A stretch of 64,000 nucleotides of DNA from Podarcis gaigeae (Eukaryota): NCBI GenBank assembly GCA_964106915.2, contig OZ066915.1, one strand, 5' to 3'. Both the position numbers and the translations under genes were made by a program. Positions 51,224 to 64,000 of the stretch are shown here, piece by piece. Each line of letters opens with the position of its first letter. The first letter of the stretch is position 1. Below the pieces are notes generated by a model that saw only the letters and a program-made list of their open reading frames with translations, was not told the DNA's origin and made no database searches.

Positions 51224-51307
51224 GGTGAGAGAAGCTGCTATGACCAGTTTAATGGAAATGACCCTTTTGTTAGCACGGACTGAGCCAGAGCTAATCGATG
51301 CAAATGT
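51224..51307 (+). CDS. TBCD: TBCD exon (~ex30, 84 nt)
   Basis: tacag|G GTG...GT|gtatg; VREAAMTSLMEMTLLLARTEPELIDAN. Confidence 0.96.
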
Positions 51308-51984
51308 GTATGTATTTTGCAAATATAATCTGTGAATGCCTGCTGTATGGTTAGGTGATGAGCTGTTTCTGTGAAAGGCTCTTTCAGTAATCCCTCTTAC
51401 CTATGGGATTCAGTTACTTCCATCAATACTGCTAATGAAAGAACTGGAGCACAGCCTATCTTGCATCTGTTGTGAGTATAGGGAATGCAGATTGTAGCTT
51501 CTGATTATCCCTTCTTTGTTAAACTGCTTTACATTAATAGCTATTCCCGCTTACAATAGATATTGTGCCTTTCCTGCGCCAAGAAACACTGTATCTATTT
51601 TTATATAATTATACATTTGAAAAGTTATAGCTATATATGGGTTATAATAAAAGAATTGAAACCTTAAAAATACTGCACTAGATACAGTTATAAAGAATAG
51701 TCAGCACAGGGAAAGCAGTCAAAACAGCTGTTTTGCCAATCTTGTAAAAAAATGGCAAGCTGAGTAGATGTGTTTCATGGGTCTTCAAAGATAGGAGAGA
51801 AATTTGGTCTAACCACTCCTAGTAAATCTCAGAGTAAAGTAAAAGTATGGCTTCTTTACACAGCTGTTCTCACTTCCTTTGCTGAAGGAATCCTTAGCAG
51901 GGTCTGAATGGAAAATGTTAATGGGGATGGGGAGTAGTCCTATAGGGAGAGGTTTCTCTGGAATATGTCGTTCCAAATGAATGA

Positions 51985-52167
<183 letters not shown>

Positions 52168-53334
52168 TAACTAGTATCTCATTGGTTTATCATAGAATTG
52201 CACAATAAACATTTGCCCATAAACATGAAAGAACTCTTTATTTAGAAATACGTTTAAAGAGAATATTTCATTCTGTCTTGTTAAGGAGTAGACTTTGGAG
52301 ATTCAGAGTGGCTATTTATTAGAGAAGGAAAGGGAAAGGCAACCTAAGTTTTGTTCTGGCCGGATTCATAAATGGGGCTTGGGGAACTTCCCACTGTTGT
52401 TGGACTCTCACTCCCATCCTACCTGGCCATTAACCATGTTGGTTAGAACTGAAGCAAGTTGGGGTTCAACAACTCATGGAGGGCCACAGGTTCCCCATCC
52501 CTGCCGTAAGTTATCAAGTGTGTGGGATTTTCCACCTTTGGTCATTTCGTCAATCCAGTAACTAGTCTTCGCATAGGGTGTGAGTTATCAGCAGTTCCAA
52601 AAGTAAGTAAAATGTAGTGATTTGTTAAAATAATGCTTCAGAAGCTGATGTAAGCAAATTATACTTTGTGCATACAATTTAACTTGGCATCTCAAGCATT
52701 CCTGCATTTTGCAGAGTGATCCTATGGTGCTGATGCAGAAATTCCATGGTAGAGCTACTACTTGCTGGCTTCCTGCCTTATAGCTCCCTTGTGGTCAGCA
52801 GGAAAGAATTACTTATAGGACTGGGGTAGTTGGAGGTTACTTTTGGGTGTCTGTATGCAGAAAGAATGAGGGGACCAGGATATTCTGGATCCTTGCGCCA
52901 TTCCTGGTATTCACCCAAAATGTTTCACTGCTCTACCCCCACCCCAGCAGGACATCTGCACCTGCCAACCTTTCCCTGGGTGTACCTGTGGCACTATAAG
53001 TGCCATCCCACTGGCTGTGATCTCTCTCTACCAACAGAATGGGGCATAGCTGCATCTTGTGGCCCCCCTACATGTCTTTGACTGAATTTTGGATTGCACT
53101 TTCAGTTGAATTTTAAAATGCATTAATGTGTAATACAGTTAATGGTAATAGCACACTATGAAAGCCCCATTTAAAATACGGTTATACTGCTGCATTGACA
53201 AAGAGCATTTCTGAGTCTTACTGTCAAAGGATGCCAGCTTTGATTTCTGTGGATAATTTTTCTACTTTAAAAATGGAGATTTCAGAGTTTAGCAGCAGTT
53301 TTGGTGAAACAAACCATTGCTCAGGAGGACATAA

Positions 53335-53532
<198 letters not shown>

Positions 53533-56500
53533 TAAGAAAATGTTTGATCAGTAGGCGGTGTCTAAGAATGACTATGTTAAGAGCCATGTATCAATTCAGG
53601 TAGTAGTTCATTTCTAGAAGCAAGTTGCTGATGTTTGTACTGCTAAAGTCTTTTATTGGGGTATGAAAGTGTGGGAGGCACCCAGCCTATTGCTGTTTAG
53701 CGTGGCTGAAGCCTGGTTCAGCTCATCCCTGTTTGTTTCCATATAGCAGTTTTCATCACTTCACTACATACCTCTTTTCCTTTATTCTAAGGTGCTGCAG
53801 CACAGCTCTGGTAATCTGACAAACCCGAGGCCAAATGAGAGAAGTCCACACTGCAGTTCCTCCCCACACCAACATCTCCTTTCTTGAAAACTGAGGTCAT
53901 GCTGGCATGGAGAGAACTGCCAAAGAAACATCACAAACATAGCCTTTCACTCCCCCATTTTCCAAATTTTCTATCTAAATTACAATTAGCACCTTGTTCT
54001 TGGGCAGGCTTCCGAAATCCAGAAAAGCACAGTTTGAGCACAACTTGACGATCTTGCCAGTCTCTCTGGATAATGTCAGACGCCATACAGCCTTAGAAAC
54101 CTATTAGTATTCTAACTTTATTTCACTTGCAAATTACTTCAACTGCATTTTGCTTTTAACAAGCATTTCTACTTGTCACTGTGTTCCTTGTAGTTTCCTG
54201 CCTCCAGTTGCCTCTGAAAATGAAACTAACTTGGAGGATTTTTATAATCACTACTTGCAGTCACAAGTAAATTAAGAATGTGGGGCAGCTTACAGCTCAG
54301 ACCTATAGGTTCCTATAGAGTTCTGTGACACCGTTGCCACCTAATCAGCATCAGGTAGTGACTGACGGCTTAGTGTTTGCTCTATCCTACTTGCTGTCCT
54401 TTCTCTGTACTCCATTTACAAATGGGTGTTGGTGATACTGAAATTCAGCTTAGTCACATAGCTTTGTTTGGCCAGTGAGAACACGATCCCACCTGCCCAT
54501 CAACGTCCTTGCAGGCTGTTGCAGTAATGTGCTTTGGTTCTGCAAGTCTCCCCACCCAGTACTTACTGTATAGCAGCTTGCCAATGAGGCTGAGCTACTA
54601 GTGTCTGGGAAGCCTTATTCTTATTAGCACAGGATTCATTAAATCATTGCACCTTTCTGATCCTGCCCCTGCAACACTATGTCCTTGTCCACATTCATTT
54701 CATGCACAGTTGCACTGCCTTGAGTTATTGCAGTGGTGTAATACCACTACTCAGAATCATGCGAGTGCAAGAGTCCTTGAACCTGATTCTGGTCCTTTTC
54801 TTTCTACAACAGACCATCAGGCTTCCAGCACTGTTAAGTGTGCTGAGCCTTCACATTTGTAGAATGCTTGAATGTTCAGTTCATGATGTCAAACTCTTGC
54901 GGGTTTTCATAATGAGGTGGAGATTAAATTTAATTTTGCTTTAAATATGAGGTTTTTCCTACCCCAAGTTTCACAGACAGAGAAATAGCCTTGAGTTACT
55001 TCAAGAGGTCACAGAGAGGTTCCTGCCCCCAATATTTTCATGTTGGGTTTTTAGAATTTGTTACACTTAAGTTTTGAAACGTGTACACAGTTTGATTGCT
55101 TCCAGCTCTTTTGATTATTGTTGGCTCTGCCTGCTTGTTTAAGAGAACAACCTTCTGTTCCGCTTCAAAAACACTGTTGAATCATTAGCTCTTTGTAGAC
55201 CTCCCTAGAATATATCTCAGTTTACTTGGGTTGTAGTCCAGTAATTTCCAGACATGAAAGAAGGGCTAGCGTGCCTCTGAAAATGCATTCATTAAATAAT
55301 TAAAATGCTCCTGTGAGCCCCAAATACCACCTACAAATTAGACTGCTCGCTGAATGTCTGAAATATTTCCATTAGTCTCCTTTGGAGCCAGGTAATTCTA
55401 CCCTATCTTTGCATCAGTTTGGTCAGTCAGTCCTTCCCAGTGCAGATTTATGAATTGCACGTTTATGAATTTATGGAATTCTGTGCAACATGATTTGGTG
55501 ACTGCCACTAGCTTAGATGGTTTTAAAAGAAGATTAGAGAAATTGAGAATAGGTGTATCCATTGCTTTTAGCTATAAAAAGCTATTTTAAACCTCTGTGT
55601 TCAGAGGCAATATGTGTTCAGAGGCAATTAGTGATCAAACCAAAGGTGAAAGCTGTAGGAAACTATGTAGCACAGGAGGCATTCGTCTAGAAAAACAGCG
55701 CAAAGTGTTTTCACATAGGATACGAATGTGGGCTCATAGGTTGTATCTGGTATACGTGACAGCATAATCAAGTGGCTGATAAAAGTAGGAGGGGGGGAAA
55801 TACCATGAGTTCTTGTGGATCAACGTACTATTTTCCCAATTGTGAAATTGATGAGATGGCAACTTCCGACTGGGAACATACAGTTCAGTATGTGAATACA
55901 ATTCAGAGCTCTAGTATTGTTAGAAAAGTGCCTCTGCATCCAATTTGTCCCATGGCTTGCTTGTCAAGTTTGCAAATGGATATTAAAAGCACTTGAAAGG
56001 GAAAGGAAGTGACAGCACTAAGGGGACTGGTAGGCAAAGGAGTAAAGAGGCAGAGGCTCAGTATAATCCTTTCAGTGGAGAAAAAGATGCACTGGGTTGG
56101 AGCCTTAAGTCACACTTAACTCCCATTGATTTTAATGTGTTCTAAGTTAGTGATGTATGAATTTCCATGTTGGTTTTAATGGGACTGAAGTAGGACTTAA
56201 CTTGCTCTGGATCCAGTCCAGCATGACCAAATGCTAATGACAGGATTCTATATTTTTGCCACTTCAGGGTAGTCAATATGTCAACATCTGAAATAATCCA
56301 GAAATGATGCTCTCTTTTATTGGCCCTAATGCACTATTCACTGGTCCCCTGCACTGGAAAAGAAATACGACTCGCTGAGTAGGCCTTTATCTTACTGTTT
56401 GGAAAATCACTGGTGGTGAGGCATTGTTCTCTTGTGCCTTTATACCATATTAAAAGAACTTTAAGGACTCACAAAACGTGCTGAATTTATTAGAAGTGCA

Positions 56501-57044
56501 GTAGTTCCTGTGAATCTTACTGCAGTCTGGATCTTAAGGGTTAGTCACAGAGGGTGGACGAAGGTAATGTCCTAAACATAGGCAGGATCCCCCAGTAGCC
56601 ATAAAACGTAGCAGTCTGTGGAAAGAGGTCCTTGTTTTCTCCCTTCTATCCAAGTCTGTTTAGCAGTTATAAACACTGTGCACATGTAGAAGGGACTGTG
56701 CCAACAGTGCACATATTTCCTGGATAAAATGCAAAACATGCCATGCCACTGGCTGCTTTTCTTGCTTATTTAGCTGTACATTTAAACATCCAATTACATT
56801 TCCCATTTAACTGAAATGGCACCATGTTACCAGGTTGTTATGGGTCCTTGGTTATAAAGGATGCTGAAGTGCGTTTTTCCTATAGTTCGTGTAGTGTAGA
56901 ATTCCTATCGACTTTAAAACTTCAGAAATCAATTTTCTCTTCTCTCCTGCCCCCCAGTCTGGAAAAAAAAGTCCCTCAGAGATATAGTGAAGGCCGAAGT
57001 TAATCTTTTCATGTTTGTTTATTGGAAGTGTTTTTCACTTGCAG

Positions 57045-57166
57045 GTAAGGTGCTCATCACAGAGCCTGTTCAGCTATCTGAAGGGAATTCAGAGCAATAT
57101 GGATGCAATGAACAGCTTTTGTGATACGCTGCTCAAGGTCTTTGAGGACAATCTGCTGAATGACAG
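57045..57166 (+). CDS. TBCD: TBCD exon (~ex33, 122 nt)
   Basis: tgcag|GTA AGG...AG|gtaac; VRCSSQSLFSYLKGIQSNMDAMNSFCDTLLKVFEDNLLND. Confidence 0.95.
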
Positions 57167-58016
57167 GTAACCTGTATCTTTCTATAGGGGGTTGTTGGGC
57201 ACATTCCTGAATGTATTCCTGTCTTACCAGATAAATAGCTAAAAACGTCACTATAGTTTTCCATCTACTCTCTTTGACTTGGAATCTATGGTTATGAAAA
57301 AGCCTAAGGCCAGAAGTGCAAGTTAGTGGGCCAAAATTTTTTTTGCTGATTTGGCAGGCATAAGAGATAGGAAGGCACAATAACTCGGCTAACCAAATTG
57401 CATTTGGGGGATATTTTCCTGAATGGAGCACAGGCTACATAACTAAATGCCAGGAATGGGGAACTGGATCTGGCCTGAGGATCCAGAACTGGCCCCCACC
57501 TCTGCCTCCCTGTCTTGTCACCTGACACAGGATATGATATCAGTTGATTCAGTGTTCAAGCCATGGAAGCAGTCACAGGCTAATCTCCAAATTTGGCACT
57601 GTATTCTCACAGCACTGAGAACAAAGCAAAGCCTCTGCTGCTGGCTGTCTTTTAATTATCAAGGAGCAAATGGAGGCTTATCTCTGAACTTGGTGTTATG
57701 GTCCCACAAAGCACTCTAGAAGAGAAACGTGCACCTCACTATGTGACACTCTCTGTCTCATGAACTATGAGTCCAAGAAGAACTCATTTGTTCCTTCTGG
57801 CATTTATTTCCTGTGCACAGGCAAGAGGAGCCAGTGGAGTGGTAGCCAGTTAGTAGCATGTTGGAGGAACAAACACTAGAGTTATCAGGAAACATGGGAT
57901 GCAGGCTCTAGGACATAGGTGAGGAAATGAATTGTAGGCCTCTGATCATCCAAGAATATAGGGCATGAGATCCCAAGGGCAGGGAGCAGTGTCACCATGC
58001 ACAATTAATATGGATA

Positions 58017-58225
58017 CAGTGGTACCTTGGTTTACGAACTTAATCCGTTCCGGAAGTCCGTTCTTAAACCAAAGCATTCTTAAACCAAGGCAGGCTTTCC
58101 CATAGCAGAGGTGGGGACCCTCCAGATGTTTATGAACTCCAATTCCCAGCGGCATGGCCAGTGGTTAGGGGTGGTGGGAGTTGTAGTCCAGCAACATCTG
58201 GAGGGGCCACATGCTCCCCACTCCT
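58017..58225. mobile_element. Half Tigger-like MITE followed by a palindromic hAT-type MITE
   Basis: TA-cagtggtacctt start; ctccagatgtt...aacatctggag inverted core. Confidence 0.7.
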
Positions 58226-59189
58226 GCTCTAAATTTTCGAAACAGATGAGGGATAGGGTGTGTATGTTAATGCTTGAACACTGCCAGTAAAACTATTTCC
58301 TCATCACATTCTGAAAGGGTATGTAGGCCAACAGCCAGAAAATGACTGTGTGCAGGCACACGCCCCACTCCTTAATGGGAATATTCAGATGTGTGTCTCA
58401 ATGTATAAATTACAGAAAGGAATTCAGGAGCTTTGCCAAACTGTTGCAGACTCTTATCTGACCATTCCCTGGGGCTAAAATGGTTGAAGTTTGAACTTCT
58501 GCACTTTGTTTTTCCCATTTCAAATTTTGTTTAGGAAACGAACTAAGTATTGTGTTAGGTACTGGATACTGGAGAGCCATTGCGTCACAAGTTTACACAC
58601 TCCTGCACTATTTGTGGGCAGAACTGGACAGTATCCTTGCAAATGTGTGGTGCCCACGCTTGCCAAGATAGCAGGAATGTGATGGTGAGGGCACTTGCAG
58701 GGAAGTTTTTGCTGGAGGGAAGGTGCACAGTCCCGTCTCCCCATCCTTTTCATTGCATGTTGATTCCTTGCAAATGATTCCTACCTTCTGGGCAGACCTG
58801 GTTTCAGATCCTGGCTTAGGGAGAAAAATTAAAAATCCGTCAGGTTGGTAAATAGGGAGAAAGCATTCCTTTGATTCTCACCCCAACACAAAGAGCATCT
58901 AGTTTTGCCCTGTAAACAGCACAGTGTGTGATTCCCCCTATGGAGTAAGAATGGTCATACAGGCACTGCAAACATGTATGACTGTATTACCACCTGACTA
59001 CTGCTTTATGATCTCACGAAGTGTGCAGTTAGCTCTCTGTCATTCTCTCAAACTAGTTTTGGCTGTCTGAAAAGACAGAAGTGTATGAACTTTGGCAAAA
59101 GTTTCCCTTTTTAATCTGAATTGTGAAAGTCCCATTGCTAGTGTTGTCAAACATGTTGCTCTGTCTTCTGTGTGTTTTTTCCTCAATAG

Positions 59190-59267
59190 GGTATCTGTGC
59201 CGTTGCTAAAGATGCTGGACCAGATACTGGCCAATGGCTGCTTTGATATTTTTCTAACAGAAGAGAA
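59190..59267 (+). CDS. TBCD: TBCD exon (~ex34, 78 nt)
   Basis: aatag|G GTA...AA|gtaag; VSVPLLKMLDQILANGCFDIFLTEE. Confidence 0.96.
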
Positions 59268-59644
59268 GTAAGTACTAATGAGCATAGTATAAAGCCTCTC
59301 TTTCCCTGCCTCTCCTCCAATTGCTGCTGTGCTGCAGGAAAACAAGCCATAGTTTGGCTGGGTGTGTCATCTGAACCCAGGGTCATGATCAGAAGCCAAG
59401 GTTTTTTGCTTATTGTGTGGGGTTTGTTTCTTCCAAACAAACTAGCCTGTGTTCAGACAACACAACAAGACAGACTATGGCATGTTCCCCTGCAACAAAG
59501 CTGGAATGGGGAGAACCAAAGGGCCTGCAGCTCATTCACACTGAACCAGTTTGTTTTAAATGTGGTTTAATGTGATGTGCAAACCAGGTCATAAGCAGTA
59601 CTAAGAGTTGAGTAGTAAATCCTGTTTACAAATTAAACAGAATA

Positions 59645-59865
59645 ATCAAAACAAAAAGAATTCCTTCCAGTAGCACCTTAAAGACCAACTAAGTTAGTTC
59701 TTGGTATGAGCTTTCGTGTGCATGCACACTTCTTCAGATAGTGTGCATGCACACGAAAGCTCATACCAAGAACTAACTTAGTTGGTCTTTAAGGTGCTAC
59801 TGGAAGGAATTTTTGTTTTTTTGTTTTGACTATGGCAGACCAACACGGCTACCTATCTGTAACTA
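59645..59865. mobile_element. Penelope-like element terminus as an inverted repeat
   Basis: Perfect 72-bp arms containing gtagcaccttaaagaccaact...gagctttcgtg; tail ggcagaccaacacggctacc. Confidence 0.8.
59705..59740 (-). ncRNA. Minimal type I hammerhead ribozyme motif (Penelope-associated)
   Basis: UAU-CUGAAGA-aGUGUGCAUGCACAC-GAAA-GC-UC-AUA. Confidence 0.65.
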
Positions 59866-61168
59866 GAACTAATGATGATCTCCTGCGATGTCAGTCTCTT
59901 TGTAGAAATAATCCCAAAGAACCACTGAACAGTATCTTAGTAAAACTACCTCAAGTGTGTGCGTGCACACACATGCACACTTGATCGTAACAAAATCTCA
60001 AAGTAGATACTTGAGTCATGTTGCTCTCTTGTCCTATGAGATACCAAATGAAAGGGCAGTTTTAGTAGCATATCCAGTATTTATACCTGAGTGTCAGTTG
60101 CAGTTTTCTGTGTTTACTTGCATGTCCATTTGCCGAAGGTGCAGTAATGTGCCATCCAATGGAGTGTATTGCTACAGGTTTAAAGCAACAAGTCAGTGAC
60201 CTTTGACTTCGTCCACAGATGGGTGCTTTCCTTAACAACAGTAATTTCATACCTGTGCAGGCTCTCATCTGGGGGGCACTCTGTGCTCTTGATTTAGGGA
60301 CCACCCTGAGTGATGTCGTGATTGATCTGGTAAAAATGCTCCTCACCTTTTTTAAAAAAGCTCCATTTTCAGGAACACGTGTGCCCAATTTGCATAACAC
60401 AGAACCTTTTAGACAGATCCCTTTTCCCTATTCACTGATCCTGTTTCTGCTGGAGTGCTGCCCATACAGGAGAAGGAATTTTCTCAATTTCCTTTGGAGA
60501 GGCTGTGCTATTTGAGATCACCCATAGGTTAGAGTTAGTTATTACAAATGTGGAATTGGCAGATGACAGAAAGCAAAGCAGGTCTATTTCAGATGCAGTA
60601 TCCTACACATTAGACTACATGCACTAAATTTTTTCCAGATGCTCAGCTGTAATTGGCCTCTTTGCTGAATGCCTGTATTGTCATTTCCTTTGGAAATCAC
60701 ACCTCATTCCCTATATTGCCATTGTCCTGTGCTGAAAAGCAGCAAGCACTCCTGTTAACTGAATTAATCTCCAATAAATTCCATCCTGTCTATGCATAGC
60801 CTTGCATAATTGCTAACAAAGTTAACCTGGCTTGAAACAAAGAATGCAGAATCCATTCTGCACTCTACCTTGCAGCAATATTATAGAGATAGAATGTGTT
60901 TCCCTAGGGGTAATTTACACATGTGCAACTTTGTGCAGCCTTCCTTACAAATGGAGATTCTGGATAAGATTTCACTAAATATGCACACTAAGAAACACTT
61001 AATATTATTGAACCAGCTTTATTTTCGGGGGTCTATGTGCGTCTAAACTAGTTTAAGAGCTACATGAAATCTTTTCCCATTCAGACTTAAAACATAACAT
61101 TAAAAATATATATATTCAAAGCTTTAGGCATAGAAAATAGTGGTTTATATCATACTAACCAGCATGTG

Positions 61169-61523
61169 GAGGGGCGCAGGTGGCGCTGTGGTCTAAAACA
61201 CTTAGCCTTGGGCTTGCTGATCGGAAGGTTGGCGGTTTGAATACCCCACGACGGGGTGAGCTCCCGTTGCTTGGCCCCTGCTCCTGCCAACCTAGCAGTT
61301 TGAAAGCACATCAAAGTGCAAGTAGATAAATAGGTACCGCTCCGGTTGGAAGGTAAACAGTGTTTCCATGCGCTGCTCTGGTTCGCCAGAAGCAGCTTAG
61401 TCATGCTGGCCACATGACCCGGAAGCTGTATGCCGGCTCCCTCGGCCAATAAAGCGAGATGAGCGCCACAACCCCAGAGTCGTCCACAACTGGACCTAAC
61501 GGTCAGGGATCTCTTTACCTTTT
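61169..61523 (+). mobile_element. Sauria SINE, full length
   Basis: 13-bp TSD taaccagcatgtg. Confidence 0.93.
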
Positions 61524-61675
61524 TAACCAGCATGTGATTACTAGGCCAAGATATTAGCACCCCAAACTGAAGTCCACTGTGCCAGCTTAGTGGTTAGTGA
61601 TTGCTTATGTAACATCCAACGCAGTTTGCAACACTCAGGAGAACTGGTAAAATAATGTTTACTTAAAATTTTCAG

Positions 61676-61765
61676 CCACCCATTTCCTATGAAGTTACTC
61701 ACACTCTGTAAAGAAGAGAGCAGAAGATCTAAAGATATCCAGAAACTTCGCTCCAGCATTGCAGT
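61676..61765 (+). CDS. TBCD: TBCD exon (~ex35, 90 nt)
   Basis: ttcag|C CAC...GT|gtaag; HPFPMKLLTLCKEESRRSKDIQKLRSSIA. Confidence 0.96.
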
Positions 61766-62105
61766 GTAAGTTGGAAAAAAAAATGTAACAAAGCAGAGGG
61801 ATAACTAGGGAACTATTAAAATAACCTAGTGCATTGAGGAAAGAATTGTCATTGCATTTGTGTAGTGGCTTTGGGGCGGGGGGCACATGAAAATGTAACA
61901 AAAAGCTCACCTCCCATTGTAAAGCAATCTTGTGATTTCACGCTGTGTTTTTTTTTAAAAAGTGCCAATGAATTGTTGCCATACTGAATTTAGAAGCACC
62001 TTGTATGAGTACTGATTCTAAAGCAAATACTGCTAACTAAAACATCCCTAGTCTGTTGATGTATGGCCTTAACCATAGGGCAGTTTGGATTGTGATATTC
62101 TACAG

Positions 62106-62616
62106 CAGTGGTTTTCAACCAGTGTGCCATGGCACCCTGGGGTGCCTTGAATGATAGTCAGGGGCAACACCAGCCCCTTTCCCTCTTTCTTTCTTTCCTT
62201 CCCTCCCTTCCCCGATGCCCTCTTGCGTCTCTGCCTCCCAAAAGTTCGCACAGCTGTTTATTGCAACAGCCCTGGCTCTAAGCTCCCCAGGCAAATGGTG
62301 CCTCTGGGGCTGGTCGGGGGGTGCTTCCCAGGCCCCTGTGGGGCAGTGTGAGGAGGCCTCTCTCTTTGGGGCAGGGGAGAGACCAGGGTTGGCAGCTGTG
62401 GCTGCCCAGAGGACTCCCAAGGAGAGGGGAGAGGAGAGAGGAGAAGAGGCTGAGGGAACACTCCACAAGGGGGAGGGTGTTTGAAAAAGGGCGAGTGGCT
62501 GTCAGCTCTGCAGGCAAAGGGGTGACATAACTGGGCTGCTGAGCCCCACAGGGGTGCTGCAGAAAGAAGGCAGTTGGTCAAACAAGCCATGTACTCAAAA
62601 AGGGTGAAAACCTCTG
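62106..62616 (-). mobile_element. Non-autonomous hAT element (same family as 32979)
   Basis: TIR cagtggttttcaacc / gggtgaaaacctctg; TSD ttctacag/ctctacag. Confidence 0.88.
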
Positions 62617-63446
62617 CTCTACAGATACTCCCCACCAGCTAAATAGGCTAGCTGCTGAAATAATCAGCATTCTGAGGTCTTTGTAGGACTTGATGGGGAT
62701 TTCTAGAACCTTGCTGCTAATGGTTAACTTGTTTTAGTAAGCTGCTTCTCTCAAGTTTGTTCACTTCTTTCATGTAGCCAATCTGCTGCCATTGTTGTTG
62801 ACTGATTGATTCAACTGAAGAACTAGACAACACTTGATTTTTTTAAATTTAAAAAAAACACATAAAATTAATCTTTCTAAGTGTGTGTTATGGAAACTTT
62901 TAAAGTTTCTTTTTTTAAAATATAAGACTTACTGTTTTTGCAGTTCTAATAATCAGTTCTAAATCCACCCCCCAGCCCAATACCAGCTTTCAGATGCATG
63001 ATGAAAGACAGACATGGCAGACAGATTTGTTAAGCTTTGTTTGATACATTCTCTGGGTTCAGTGTCTGTCCATTCACCTGTTCTTTGTTAAGGATATATA
63101 GGCTGAAAATCAGCAGTACTTCTCTTGTGAAACTTCACAGTTTAGCAAATGCTTATCTATTGTTTTATGCAAGAGAACTTCTTTTTGTAGTGTCAGGTGA
63201 GTGTATATAATACCGGCACCTTTTAGTTTTTAAAACCTCATATCTGACACATCTTGCTCCAAGAATGGTTTCAAAACTCAATTTCCCCCTATGCATATAT
63301 TTCTGCAGAGTTGGTTGTGACACTGATAGAGTGCAGCAGAGGGCTTCTCTACATTGCACATCCTTTCTTAATAATACAATTTCTCCTCTGTGGTAATATG
63401 AAAAAAAGCCACTGATGAAATAACATTACTTATTTTTTTTATAAAG

Positions 63447-63534
63447 GTTTTGTGGTCTGATCCAGTTTCCAGGCAGCATGAGAGAGAAAGTTCTGTTTCA
63501 GCTCCTCCTCCTCCTTTGTCATCCGTTTCCTGTT
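63447..63534 (+). CDS. TBCD: TBCD exon (~ex36, 88 nt)
   Basis: taaag|G TTT...GTT|gtaag; FCGLIQFPGSMREKVLFQLLLLLCHPFPV. Confidence 0.95.
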
Positions 63535-64000
63535 GTAAGTATTGGAGATGTTGGTTAGGAACTTGGAGGTGTTGATCTTTTATTGCTTGTGTAGTTCTCA
63601 CTAAATGTAATAGTTGGGCAACTTCATTACTATTTGCATTTCTTCTTCTATAATGTATTTGTAAACCACTACCATCTTCCTTGAAGAGTGCTCTCAGTTT
63701 AGCAGTTGGGTTCACCTCGGTCCTATTATTTAATGCACAGCAAACAACCCAGCTTTAAAGTCCACTCTTAGACATATCTGGCTATTGAACCAGTATCCTG
63801 TTTTCTGGACCTACATAGTTGAAAGGTAGAGTGACTGTGTATATTCTAATTTACTATGCTGGTTGACTCCGGAGTGCATGTGTATAGAGCAAGCAGTACA
63901 TCCAGATATGAGTGTTAATGGTACCCTAGTGCTTTAGAAGCTGTGATTTTCTGGACATGATACAAGGGTGTTCTTATCCAAACATTTAATCTCTTTAGAG

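Overview
Eukaryotic, vertebrate genomic DNA from a squamate reptile (Sauria SINEs, Bov-B, CR1, L2, Penelope and lizard-type MITEs; probably a lacertid, which is inference). The whole window lies inside TBCD (tubulin-specific chaperone D, + strand). I can place 23 consecutive coding exons, from 7700 to 63534, with canonical GT-AG sites and an unbroken frame. They correspond to human exons ~14-36 (numbering from memory); the gene continues beyond both edges. The main unexplained structure is on the - strand at ~21.7-31.5 kb. It is a multi-exon, intron-containing gene remnant nested antisense in two TBCD introns and straddling a TBCD exon. Its splice sites are largely intact and exon phases join correctly across two runs of consecutive exons, but it carries scattered stops and TE insertions. 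I cannot identify the protein. Also notable: a Penelope-type inverted repeat carrying a minimal hammerhead ribozyme, a TBCD exon that starts with a 5' splice-site consensus (recursive-splicing candidate), a (TG)17 tract at a 3' splice site, and several perfect hairpins.
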